From Chiloscyllium plagiosum (taxonomy: Eukaryota): a stretch of DNA of 64,000 nucleotides. The stretch spans positions 80,054,709 to 80,118,708 of the forward strand of contig NC_057719.1 of NCBI RefSeq assembly GCF_004010195.1, in the 5' to 3' direction. Position numbers and translations under genes: made by a program. A model generated the notes under the pieces. That model was not told the DNA's origin. It made no database searches and saw only the letters and a program-made list of their open reading frames with translations. This document shows, in pieces, positions 1 through 12,330 of this stretch (position 1 is its first letter; the number at the start of each line of letters is the position of its first letter).

Positions 1-238
1 CCCCCACCCCCGTCTGACCTATCACCCTCACCTTGACCTCTTTCCACCTATCACATTTCCGACGCCCCTCCCCCAAGTCCCTCCTCCCTATCTTTTATCT
101 TAGCCTGCTGGACCAACTTTCCTCATTCCTGAAGAAGGGCTAATTCTCCTGTTCCCTAGATGCTGCTTGACCTGCTGCGCTTTTCCAGCAACACATTTCC
201 ATCTCTGATCTCCAGCATCTGCAGACCTCACTTTCTCC
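1..238 (+). mobile_element. Penelope-like element 3' end (pseudo-LTR), family A; ribozyme core partly deleted
   Basis: Near-identical to 24880-25089 and to the reverse complement of 59438-59660; stem II/GAAAC segment missing after 140. Confidence 0.8.
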
Positions 239-303
239 TATGAATATACTTAGGTAACTTGATAAACTAAATGGACTTTCAGTTGATTTATTTCATTTAT
301 CAG

Positions 304-410
304 GTGCCCCGGCGTTCCAGTGTCCATGCGGTTCCCTTCTCTACAGTCCTGTCAGCCAAGAAACCTGACTTCAAGCTTTATGAAGAGGAATCTTCACATG
401 AAGAGACTAT
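304..410 (+). CDS. BUB1B: BUB1B exon (VPRRSS...PDFKLYEEESSHEETM), contains ABBA motif FKLYEE
   Basis: tttatcag acceptor and AT|gtatgt donor; phase 2 joins the next exon to give MTPRKIEP. Confidence 0.85.
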
Positions 411-939
411 GTATGTATAAAATTCGTGACTGGCATTTGGATTATATTTCTCGTGACATATGTAAACCATCTCCCCAAATATCCACAGGGAAAGAAGCAT
501 CACACTACTATATGGCGAGGCATGCTCTCTTGAGACAGAGCGAAGCGATTAGACATTGGCTGGGTGTGGTTTGCTGATCTTGAAGCAATCCATCTTGAAT
601 TGGAAAGAGAGGGATCACCTGAAGTTCCATTACCTGGTGTTATTTTGTTTTCTCTTTCAACTTGATTTGCTCCATTTTCTTAAAGTTGGGGAAGTTCAAC
701 CAATGTTTCCTTATTTTGTAAACTAATTTACAGTTGGTCTTGGCTACCAAAACAATTTTGAAGCCTCTTTTTTTTTTTTCCAATCCTGCTCATTGCTTTT
801 AATCCTGTGATTCTGATACAGTAGAAGCAGAAAGTTGGATCAGATTTTCTGTTCTAAGCAATAGTAAAGGTAGATACAGTTTGACACAATTCACAACAAC
901 CAAAAGTAAGAATCCAGAAGGCTGTGTTGCATTCTCAAT

Positions 940-2480
940 GCCAGGATTCGGGATACTTGCTCTGAGCTGGAGAGAGAGACATGCAATGGGAGGTGAAGGA
1001 TCTAATTGTTCCAGTCTATGTAGGACTATGCAGGTGATTCTGCTTGGAGTATGAACAGCTAAGAGTTAAACTTTTAAAAACAAGTTCTCAAGGATTGTCC
1101 ATTCTAGATCATTACATGAACCACAAGCAAATTGGCATAGGGTATGTAAGATTACAGAATTGTACATGTATCCCAGTCAGTATGGGAGAAATGGGTTTTG
1201 ATTCATGAAGTAGTGGCATCAGCATCTGTAGGAAGCTGTACTATTCAAACTATATTCACCTGACATTTCATGGACCCAGCGTTCTTGCAAATTGTAGAGA
1301 TTAAACTAAATGAGTGAGGGCAGATATGTAAAATTTAAAGAGAATAGACAAGGCCATGAGAAAGCAATAAGGGATTAATAATAAATAATATGGCATGAAC
1401 AAAAGTTAAGACTGCACCAGCAGATTGAGCTAGAGATTGTTAAAAACTGTAGGAAGACAAGACTAAGTGCTCTCTCTGAATGAAGCAGCATTCAAAACAC
1501 AACAGATGAATTGACACTTCAAATAGAAATAAACGAGAGCTGAGATCCATGATTGGAAGATTACAAAAATATACTCTAAGTTATGTGACCTTTTAGAAGA
1601 ATGGGAAACTAGGAAAGTTGTGGAGGGATAACTGTTAAAGATGACATCAGTACAATAAAGTTGACCTTTCTTCTAAAGATCAAGATGTAGAATCCATTTG
1701 AGTAGAGGAGGAAGTAGTAAAGGGAGATATCACTTGTGGATTATTGGGCCCCACCAGTAGGTGAGTGTTACAGGAAGAAAAAAGAACCTTGTGAGAAAGC
1801 TACATGAATAATCATAGTTGATCTTTCATTTTACATATAAATTAGACACATCAGATTGGTAAATGTAGCCCGGAAATTGAGTTCATTGTTCCTTTTGGAA
1901 CTGTTTCTTCTATAAGTATAGACGAGAGCTAACCAAAAATGGTCAGGGAATGTAATGAGATAATAAGATTAATTAATGACTTTACTATGAAGGTGCCCCT
2001 AAGTAGTTCTGATTGTAATGATTCAATCTTGCATTCATGTTGAGAAAAAGAAAAATGGTCTTAAATTGTTTTTTGCTTGAGTAAGGACAATTGAAATAAT
2101 GAAAACAGCTGTCTAAAGAGATTGGGGAAGTTAGGCCAGGGCTTGGTCAGTAGCAGGGATCGATATTCTCAATACTCCATGCATTTCATAGAGTGAGAGA
2201 CTCTAGGGAAAAGACTATAGACTGTCAAATTGAAAGAAAAAGTGTGCATTTCCATTTGTGGCAGGTCAAACATTCTGTTCAATTATAAAGGCACATCTTG
2301 TTTTAAAAGGAGAAATTAAATTATGGGTAAAAGTTAGCTAGAAATTTTAAAATAGTAAAGTTTCCTACAGAAATTTAAAAGGGAAAAGTAAATTGGATTT
2401 GCTCTTGAGGTAATAATGGATAAAATAAATTAAGTATTTTTAGTTTTGACTAACTTATTCCTTCCAAATAGGAGCAAGTT
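940..2480 (+). mobile_element. Highly decayed CR1-type LINE, 5' region
   Basis: Purine-rich decayed sequence resembling the CR1 ORF1/endonuclease region; no intact ORF. Confidence 0.45.
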
Positions 2481-3214
2481 GTATCTTTTTAATTTTGCAA
2501 TCTACAGCGTTATGGAATGACTTATTCTAACACTCTGACAACCTTTTAGTCCACAAACATCTTCTCTAATCCTATTCAAGGAATTAATAATTTTTTAAAA
2601 AATGAACATACTGCAAAGCTTTTCATCTTGCACTCATCAGGATAAATCAAGAATTCTAAATTGCAAAACATCTCAAATTTTACAGTGGGGCAAACGGATG
2701 TTGATAGTTAACAAGTCAACTCTGCTATGTCTTTTTCATGGAGAAAGAAATTGTGTTCCCCAGTAGTTTAAAGACGCAAGGCTTGGTTATGTTCTGTTTT
2801 CATTTGCAGAGAACAGGACTATGTTAATGTATGTTGCTTCAACCAAATATAAATGAGCCTCATTATGAGCTCAATCTTTTCTTTCTTTTCTTCTATAAAG
2901 ACACCTAGGATTGTTATGCGAATGCTGCTAATCATGGAATACATCTAATGACAAATGTTTTTTGTTTTGGTTTTGCTATTGCAAACTGCTTGAGTATGCT
3001 CTGTACTCTGCCTATCACATACAATGGAAGGAGCATGGTGTTTGATTCGGTTAGCTAATTGCTGGGGCACACCATCTCTACTTGAAGCACTGTCATTTGT
3101 TCAAAGGATGTGTGACCTCCCTTACAACTTACGAACCTTGTGTATAAATTTCTAAAGCCCTACTTTTTTTAACAATTTGATTACAAATGCTCCTTTTGGT
3201 TTTACCTGGCTGTG

Positions 3215-3545
3215 TAGTGTTCTGGACCAGGCCAGATCCCCCTGCAAAATGTTGCAAGAAAGTAGCTTGGACCCTAACTTTGCTAGTTGTTTTAAGCAGG
3301 TGTACAGTGGATTCCAGGAAAGAATCAGCTGGTCAAAACACTTAATTTTAAACAAAACAGAATTTCTTTACAAGATTACTGAATGAAACGCAAACAATAG
3401 AATACTGAATAACTTATCCGAAAAGCCCAACAGATCATCCCAACCTAATGATGCTGTTCCAAATACTTGCAACAATCCCCATAAACACCACTTGGCACAA
3501 AAGGTAAAATCAAACAAGATCTTACAAGATACTGCATAACCTTGT
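3215..3545. mobile_element. Probable LTR fragment
   Basis: Begins tgttctggaccaggccagatcccc, resembling shark LTR starts from recollection; no partner LTR seen. Confidence 0.3.
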
Positions 3546-4021
3546 TAAAGGAGTAGCTTAGTCACTGTAGCCATTTCCATTTCAATAAAAAAATCCACAG
3601 CCTAAAATGGATTCTAGTTGATCTGAATTTAATTAGATTGTGGAATTGTTGTACTACTCTGGGACATACACTCTTAGTTGAACAGCCTATAAGCAAGGGT
3701 AGGGTATATTTAAGGTTTCCATTTTAAAAGTAACTTTTAAAATGTTTTGTTCAGAAATCATTTTCCTTCCATGAAGGAGTTGAAATCGAAATGTTGGTAC
3801 AGTCAGTCTTCTGGTTAAGAGAGTTCTTGAATCCATTCGTGAGGTAGTTTGTACACAAGTCAGAACATAATGCAGGACATTGTAAAGTAGCCATTTGTAA
3901 GTACACGAAATGTTAGTATGTCAGATCTTTAAAATTACATCTCTGTATGAGATAGTTTTGTAAGTTGGATGCTTGTAAATCAGCAACCTCCAATATAATA
4001 TTTCCTTTTGATGTGTTGCAG

Positions 4022-4242
4022 GACACCTCGTAAAATTGAGCCCTTGTTTACCCCAGTGTTGAGTGCTCGGAAACCCAGTAAAGAATTGAATCCATTGACT
4101 AGAGTACAGGTTCAAAATTGCAATGAAAATAAGGAAGTATCTATGTATTCAAAAGACCAGATCTACGCTGGACTACGTGAATTCTCTTTTGAAGAACTTA
4201 GAGCAGAAGAATTCAAAAAGAAATACAAAGCTCGCATGAAAG
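4022..4242 (+). CDS. BUB1B: BUB1B exon, BUB3-binding/GLEBS domain
   Basis: Encodes TPRKIEP...[22 protein letters not shown]; ttgcag acceptor, G|gtacag donor. Confidence 0.95.
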
Positions 4243-6213
4243 GTACAGATGTTTTGACAGACTTAATTCTCAATTTGCTGAACATATCAGAAAAAGAACT
4301 TGCACGAATCTAGTAGATTCTATGCCATTGACAACCAGTTAATACACAAAGTACCTTAAGAGCAATGAGATTCAAGATCAGATACTATGTTGGTTGAGAG
4401 TTTCATGTCTTAGCTGAAAGCTGGCTCTGCTGACCAATGCAGCTGTGTTACATTGGTGAATCAGTGCAGATTTTATGTTCAGTACTGAAGTGGAGCTTTA
4501 ACCAGCTACCTGGTCGTTCAACTTAATCCAGGCAGAAGTTCACCAAGACTTCTGGGGCAGCACCTTCCAAACAAGACCACTATCATCAAGAAAGGCAAGG
4601 ACATGTCTCTTTTCCAAACCACTCCTCATTCTGACTTGTAATTATATTGTTGTTCCTTCTGTGTCACTGACCCAAAATCTTGCAACAGCTTACCAACAGC
4701 ACTGAGTGGGATGACAACAAATAATTGTGAAGCAGTTCATGAAGGCAGCTAACTTCCACCTTCTTGAAGGCAATTTGGGTTGGGCAATAAATGTCTCTCT
4801 CAGCAAAGTCCACATCTCATGAAGGAATAAAGAAATTGTGCAAGGGGCTAAAACAAAAAACATAGTATTTGTTAATTGTTAACAAATTTTGATCTAAATG
4901 GAAATTAACTTGCTGCAAAGTTGTAACTCTATAAATACTCTGCAATCACTAATTTTGTTGTAAAGAGATATTGTGTCTTACTATTATTATGCTACTAATT
5001 TAGAATCAACACTTGACCATATACCTATTGGAATGATTGTTCCCTGTTCTATGATCAAGTTGTAACGTTTTTAAAATTATATTAATCTTTTTTTTTCTCA
5101 ATCTGTTCTTTTAATGCCTGATGACTTTTGCCTCTTATTTTCTATATAGCTAACTGCTAAATAATTCACCTTTTTATTCCTACAAAGCCAATATGCAAAG
5201 AAATAGGTTGTGTTTGGTGAAGAGGAGTGAGAATGTGTTTGCTCATAGTTGTCAATATTTGGGTTTTTGTAGAATATTAAACCACTTATTCATAGATTTC
5301 ATTCTTGACAGCTGGTGTTCTCAGGCCATTTTAAGTTTTCAGTTCTATCACTATTAACAAAGGAGAATATGATCATCAAGAATGATTAGTATCAGAGTGT
5401 AGCATTCTTCAGTGTCATTTATTTCATACATTTGAGAGAGACATAGTCATACAATGTGGAAACAGGGCCTTCGGCACACTGTCTAGCTGACCAGCAAATA
5501 CCAAACTACACTAATCTTGTTTTTCTACACATGGTCCATAACCTATCGTACCCACATTTAAGTGCGGTCAGATGCTGCTTAATTATTGCAATAGTAACCA
5601 CTAACCTTTTTTAGGAAATACATTTTTTAAAGTATGTAACTGAATTACTTGTGACTGCTATCTCTGTTTTGACTGTCTGACTGGGATCCTGTTTGTTAAT
5701 TTTAAAATTGATGGTCCTTCAGGTAACTTTGGATATTGTAGTCTCATCAGTGTAATGTGAAAAGCCTGATTTGTGTGGAGTCCGAACAATTTTAACCTTG
5801 CAATAATGTGAAGAATTGGATACCACCAAAATTAGTGCCTACTAATTTGCTTACAACTTGAAAAATAACACTTGCTGCCTTTCCATCTGTTTGTGGACGT
5901 CAGTCCCTCTGGCTTAAAGTTCAGTACTGTAACTGCATAAGACAACTTAATTGTGATTTTGTTCTAAGGCTTTGGAAGGAATTGAATGTGGTAGGTTCTG
6001 TCCCCATTTCTGTTGCATCAAGCCCAAATAATCAATCAATCGCATAACTCAGTACAACCTGATTTTGCAGTTTTTCAGTGATGAAAGGTATATGTTCTGG
6101 CCCGGTCACTCTCCATTTCGATGGTGTACTGAAATGCTTCTGACAGTCCAACTTGGTTGTAGCCCTATAGTTGGCAATAGAATAGTTGTGACTATGTTGT
6201 ATGTTTTATACAG

Positions 6214-6332
6214 AACAAGAAGAGAAATTGTTGAAGTTAAAGCAAGAAAAGGAGGAGGTGGAGCAATTAATCCACATGGCAAAGTTGAGAATGAAGGAGC
6301 AGCGGGAGCATAGCCAACCAGAAACCCAACAG
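6214..6332 (+). CDS. BUB1B: BUB1B exon, helical extension after GLEBS (EQEEKLLKLKQEKEEVEQLI...)
   Basis: ttttatacag acceptor, open in phase 1, coiled-coil-like composition; weak CAG|gtctgt donor. Confidence 0.85.
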
Positions 6333-7819
6333 GTCTGTTGACTGTAGAGATGGACATTTCCTGATTTTTAAGATTTACTAATACATCCAGCTAATAACTA
6401 ATTTGAATATCATTGAACATTAATTGGTGAATTAAAAGTTGAACTAACTAATCCAGTATGCTCCTATTGATGGCAGAAAATATTGCATACTTGGCTTATA
6501 ATGGATATACTCCTCTAGTACTATTAACAATCCAGTTTCAGCACTTTGATTGCAAGTAATTCTTTGTCAGTGACTGAAGGTTAATGTGGTAGCCATTTTG
6601 TACCAGGAACCACTATCAAGTGGATAGTGAGTTGGATAAATGCTGATCAAGAAAAATGAGATTTAATTTGTGACCTTGTTTTTTTTTTTGAAAAAAATTA
6701 ATGTCATGGAACCAAATGCTTGTGAGGTATGACAGACTTGTAACTTTATATTCCCGCATTGTATTGTCAGGCGAGTAGCACAACCTGTGAAAAACCTAAA
6801 CGAGTAATACAAGACAAAACCACAACATTTCATTCCCTTGGATGAGGGGTATGTCTTGAATTATGTTTCCCAGAATGCTTTTTGACATGGCATTTCCCAT
6901 TATTTGTGTGAACAGTGAATGTCAGTATGATTATTTACATTACTCAAGGCAGTGCCCTACAAATTTTATTTTAAATTTATTTAAACCCTGTGCTCTCTTA
7001 TGAGCAACAATTGTTAAGTTTTTGTTTGGTATCAAAAACAGAGGAAAATAAATATAGACTGCTTTATTTGCAAAGGGATCCTGTTGCTCAGCTGTGGGTC
7101 AGATTGGACACTACTACCAGATGTGTAACAGGCTTGTACTTGCCTTGGTCAAATTTCCTAGATGTATGTTTTCCTGAAGAGTTTAAACTCTGTTGCTTTC
7201 AAAAGAGGTAGGTTGTGGGTTTAAAAGTCTGTATATCTGTTTTTTAAATTGATAATGGATAAACAATTTGGCATTTTGATAAACTAAAATAATTGGATCC
7301 ACCCAAATGTGTCTGGTACTGTTTGTGATCCATACTATGGTGATGAATGTGGCAACGTTGGGAAGTCTGATTTATGATGCAGAGGTACTTATTCTTTAGT
7401 AAGAAAAGTTTCTCTTTACAGCTGATATGTATCAATCATTGTCTTTCAAAAAAAAACAATGTGCACCAGTTTGGACTATTGAAACATTTGATATAACCTT
7501 GTGACTACTTGCAAGATTGTCTCGTTGAACTCTCCACTCAACAATTGGCATTGCTGTCTGTGAAAAGGGAAGACTTTCTGGTCAGGGAAATTTATTAAGG
7601 GCTGCAGGGAAAAAACATGCAGCTCACATATACAAATGACAATGATTTGCATAGTGAATACCCTTGCTACAAAACTGAAATAAGATACAACTTTTAACTT
7701 GGCCAGATATTCTTTAACTGGAAATTGCACTACATTGTCTAAGTTTCCCAATTTATTTGTGTAGAATCTGAAGTGTTTTCATATTTAAGGTTTAACTCTG
7801 ACTTCTTGCATGTCAGACA

Positions 7820-8340
7820 ATATAAGCAATCTCTCAACCAATGGATCAGATCTAGGCTCTGCAGTCCTGTCAAATCCAGTTGCAAATTGTAGTGGACAAC
7901 CAAACAATTCAACGGAGGAGGAGGTGCCATAAATATCCCCATCCTCAATGGTGGAAGAGCCCAACACATCATTGCAAAAGATAAGGCTGAACCATTTGCA
8001 GCAGTCTTCAGCCAGGAGTGCCAAGTAGATGGAAGGTGGCATCAACAGTGCCATCAAGTCTCATCTGCTCAGCAATAGCCTGTTCATTGAATCCCAGTTT
8101 GAGTTCTGCCAGGCCATTTAGCTACTGACCTCATTATAGCCTTGATTCAAATATGGCCAAAACAACTGGATTCCAGAGGTGAAGTAAGAGTGACAACCCT
8201 TAACATCAAGGCCTCACTTAAGTGTGGCATGAAGGAACCCTAGCAAAATTTGGATCCGTGGATATCGGAGGCAATTTCTCAGCTGGATGGAGTTATACTT
8301 GGCACATAGGTGATTACGATTGGAGGTCAGTCATCCCAGG
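7820..8340 (+). mobile_element. Decayed LINE ORF2 fragment (second CR1/L2-group family)
   Basis: Contains ccccatcctcaatg...ataaggctga and RT-like cttaacatcaaggcc...gtgtggcat; probably related to 18930-19810. Confidence 0.6.
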
Positions 8341-8429
8341 TTAATATGTATGCTCACTTTCTTTGTAAAAGTACAAGTCTATCTTTTATCGTAGACTCCT
8401 GGTAGTATATAGCCAAAACACTGCTGTTA

Positions 8430-8640
8430 TTGCTGGAAATTTGAAACAAGCAGAAAATGCTTGCGAAACTCAACAGGTCTGGCAAGATCGGTAGAGAGAG
8501 AAAGATGCTGTTTTGAGTCTTGTGGGCTTCAGAATTCAAGTTTCCAGAGTTTCAGAACTACTTTATGAAAGAGTCATACCAGAATCAACATTAGCTCTTT
8601 CTCCAAGGTGCTGCTAGACCTGAATGTCTCCAGTATTGAA
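8430..8640. repeat. Old PLE-derived fold-back remnant
   Basis: Decayed inverted arms (caggtctggca ... tgctagacctg) resembling the PLE termini elsewhere. Confidence 0.4.
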
Positions 8641-8733
8641 TTTGCTTCTGGTATCAAATCTAGGTTGGCTACATAAGTGGTCTTAGTCCACAATAAAAAT
8701 TGTCTGAAATATCCTGTTTATTCTTGCTTTCAG

Positions 8734-8840
8734 AATGAAGCAATTCATGACCCTCTGCCATGCTCAGCGATCACCACTAGGGAATTTGGCACAGACATCA
8801 GTCTATCAGAAAGGAATGGTGAAGATTCTGATAGAAATGG
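8734..8840 (+). CDS. BUB1B: BUB1B exon, low-conservation linker (NEAIHDPLPC...DSDRNG)
   Basis: ttgctttcag acceptor, GG|gtaaat donor; phase 0 to 2 fits neighbours. Confidence 0.75.
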
Positions 8841-9515
8841 GTAAATACTTTGTATTTTATGTTCCTTGTCATTTTTCGTACTGCAGTTAATTTGTGACGC
8901 AAGAATGGAATACCTTTTTAAGCTGCTGGAATTGTTTCTTCAATACCTTCAGTAAAGCCTTGTCAATATAGTGGATGAGCTACCAATCCCGCACATTTAA
9001 ACTGTCAATAAGATCATGCCAGCTTGAGCTTACTGCTTGTTATTTTCTTGCAATAGACCTTCTGTTTTTGGGTTTAGGTTACCAAGAGTTATTATGAATC
9101 TCATCCTTACTTAGCTGATCCATTTCCTATTGCTTGACATTAGAAATAATTTGTAAAATTGTCACTGAATTACTTCTCACCTGGTTATCAACCAGCTTTG
9201 CAGTTGCTTCACCTGGAAAGTTTATGTATGATTTAACTAGCGTTCTGTTCTTTACTCCAGCTCCACTGATATATCTCATAATGCATAGATCCTGCTACTC
9301 AGTTTGAAGACTTGTAAATCTCTTGCAGTGTGGATGGAACCCATGTGCCTTTTCCCATCTTTTCCAAGTGTTCAGTCTGAGTAGTTTAAGACAGATTAAT
9401 AGTTTTCTAGATACTAAAGACATTAAGGAATATAGAAATAGTATGGGTAAATGGTTTTTGAAGTCAATGATTAAACATGATCTGGAATGATAGAGCTGAT
9501 GGCTGCTACTCCTAT

Positions 9516-10014
9516 TAGCGATTTTAAAGATTTGTAGCTCAGGTTGATGATAAGTCATGTCGCTGAGTTTGAAGGTTTGTTTTCAGAGGTTTTCTCCCCC
9601 AAGAAGTAACGTCAGTGAGAGTCTCTGAAGCGCTGGTGGTATGTCCTGCCTTTCTATTTATAAGTCTTGGTTTCTTAAGGTGGATGATGTCATTTCTGGT
9701 TCTTTTTCACAAGGGAAGGTAGATAGGAGCTAAGTCAATGTGATTATTAATTGAGTTCTGGTTAGAATGCCATGCCTCTAAGAATTCTTGTGCATGTCTT
9801 TGTTTCACTTATCCTAGGATGTATGTGTTGTCCCAGTAAAAGTGGTGTCGTCCTTTGTCTGTATGTATGGAAAGTAGTGATAGCGGGTCGTGTCTTTTGG
9901 TGGCCAAGGCAGGACATACCACTAGCGCTTCACCAGAGACTCTTTCTGATGTTACCTAGTATGGTGACGAAACGTCTGAAAATAAACCTTCAAACTCAGT
10001 GAGCTAACTTACAG
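9516..10014. mobile_element. Penelope-like element, family B, with inverted terminal segments
   Basis: 9555-9650 is the reverse complement of 9908-10000; GIY-YIG C-terminal-like fragment on the minus strand; flanking duplication ACTCCTAT (9508-9515, 10015-10022). Confidence 0.75.
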
Positions 10015-10129
10015 ACTCCTATGTTCTGTCCCTTTATTTTCTGATGATCTGTACATCATTCCCTCTTGCTGCGAATTTGTCTGTGGAAATTTTTTCTCCA
10101 AATTCCGTTACGTTTGTTAGTCTGGTTCT

Positions 10130-10460
10130 AGGTATGGATGGATTTTCTTGTGCAAAGAGGTTAGTTTGTACTCCATTAGAGTTTTAGAATAATGAGAGGA
10201 GACCTTTATTGAAACATACAAGATTCCTCAGGGCTTTTACAGTGTAGATGTGGAAAGGTTGTTTCTGGCTGTGGGAGGATCTAGGACCAGAGAATGCCAT
10301 TTAAGATAGAGATGAGGAGAAATTGTTTCTCGAAGGATAATGAATATGTAGGCATTCCTTAATGTAGAAGACTGTGGAGGCCTATGTATGTTCAAAGGTG
10401 GGAGAGTAACTTTTGGTCAGTGATGGAATCCAGGATTATAAAGATAAGGTGGGAAAGTGA
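10130..10460 (+). mobile_element. CR1 LINE 3' fragment
   Basis: tactccattagagttttagaataatgagaggagacc...gaaacatacaag corresponds to the CR1 ORF2 C-terminus. Confidence 0.65.
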
Positions 10461-10559
10461 CTAACAATGGATGAATAAATATAACGTTCTAGTCAAGATT
10501 TAAATATATATATTATATAAGATGTAAACAACTGGATTTAAATGAATATATTGAGTAGG

Positions 10560-12330
10560 TTAAAGAGTGTAGGGCATTCTTGGGAGAGAGATTAGGAAGA
10601 CAGAGAATAAGAACCTTATTTGCCAAGGCTAAGATTAATCCAATTAAATTCTACAAGTACATTTTAAGAGCAAGACGGCAACACTAGAGAGTAGGGCCCT
10701 TTTAAAGATCAAAGAGATCATCTTTGTGTTGAACCTCAAGAGATGGGACAGATTAAATTAATAATTTACATCTGTTTTTACTGTGGAGAAAGAAATAGAG
10801 GCTAGAGGTTCAGAAATAAATACTGATGTTTTGAAAATAGTTCCCATTACAGATGAAGTGCTGGAAGTCTACGAAAATATAAATGTGGATAAATCTCTGG
10901 GACCTTTATCGAGTGTATCCCATAACTTTGTGGGAAGGTAGGCAAGAAGTTGCAGGGTCCCATGCAGAAATACTTTATCACTTATAAATACACATGAGGT
11001 GTCAAATGACTGGAGAGTGGCTAATGTGACTTTCAGAAGGGATGCAAGAAGCCTGCGAACTATAGACCTCTGATGTCAGTGGTGAGTAAATTATTAGAAA
11101 TGATTCTGAAAGGTAGGTTTATATGCATTTGGAGAGGCAAAGAATGAATAGGGATAGTCAACCTAGTTTTGTACAAGCAAAATCATGTCTCTCAAACATG
11201 GGAGTTTTTTGAAGTAAGCAAGAAGTTTGAGGATAGAGTGGTAGACATTGTTCACTTGGACTTTAATAAGCCTTTGACAAGGTTCCATATCACAGACAAA
11301 TTAGTAAAGTTAGATCACCTGAGATTTAGGATAAGCTTGCCAGTTGGATACAAAATTGGCTTAACTGTGTGAGACAGTGTGATGTGGAAGGTTATTTTTC
11401 AGACTGGAGACCTATGACCAGCAGTGTTCCACAAGGATTGGTGCTGAGTCCGCTCTTGTTTGTCATTTTATACAAATTATTTTGAGCATATAGAAAGCAT
11501 GTTAAGTAAGTTAGATGACACCAAGGTTGATGATATAGTGGACAATGAAGAAGGTTATCTAAGATTACAAAGAGATCTTGATGAATTGGGTCAATGGGCT
11601 GAAGAGTGGCAAATGGAGTTTAATTTTGGTGAAATGTAAATTACCACATTTTAATAAAACAAAGACCAGATTTGGACAATTTAAAAGTGGGGCCTTGGGC
11701 AGAGAGACAGAGTTTCAGGTACGTAATTCTTTCAAGTTTGCATGACATAGATCGGGTGGTTGAGGTGTTTAGCATACTTGCCTTCATTGCTTAATCATTG
11801 TGTTGGGATGTCATTATTGAGGTTGTACAAGATGTTGGTGAGGCCTCTGAAGTAGTGTCCAATCCTGGTTGTCCTGTTGTAAGGATATTCACCTGGAGAG
11901 GATTTACCAGGATTGGTGGGTTTGAATTGTAAGGAGAGATTGGATAGGCTGGGACTTTTTTCACTGGAGTTTAGGAGGTTGCAGGGTGACCCTAAAGGTT
12001 TATAAAATTAATGACGGGGATAGACAGGTGAATGGCAGGTGTTTTCTCTCTGGAGTGGAGTATGTTTTTAAGGTGAGATGAGCAAGATTTTTAAAAAAAC
12101 ATGAGGGGCATTTTTTTAACAATGGTTTATGTATGGAATGAACTTCCAGAGGAAGTGGTGGATGCAGATACAGTTACACTGTTTAAATGACATTTAGATA
12201 AGTACATGAATAAGAAATGTTTGAAAGGATACGGGCCAAGTGCAGACAGGTGGAACTGGTTTAATTTGGGATTATAGCCAGCATAGACTGGTTGGATTGA
12301 AGGGTCTGTTTCCATGCTGTATGATTGTGA
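10560..12330 (+). mobile_element. CR1 (HER1-type) LINE, 5'-truncated, decayed RT plus 3' tail
   Basis: VDIVHLDFNK motif in ORF 11169; gatgacaccaag (DDTK); tail gggtctgtttccatgctgtatga. Confidence 0.85.

Noticed and set aside
320..577. 85-aa ORF in the ORF track
   Set aside because: Alternative frame overlapping the BUB1B exon 304-410 and running into the intron
7817..7925. Exon-like open stretch after tgtcag
   Set aside because: Stop in the required phase 0, and the sequence is part of a LINE fragment
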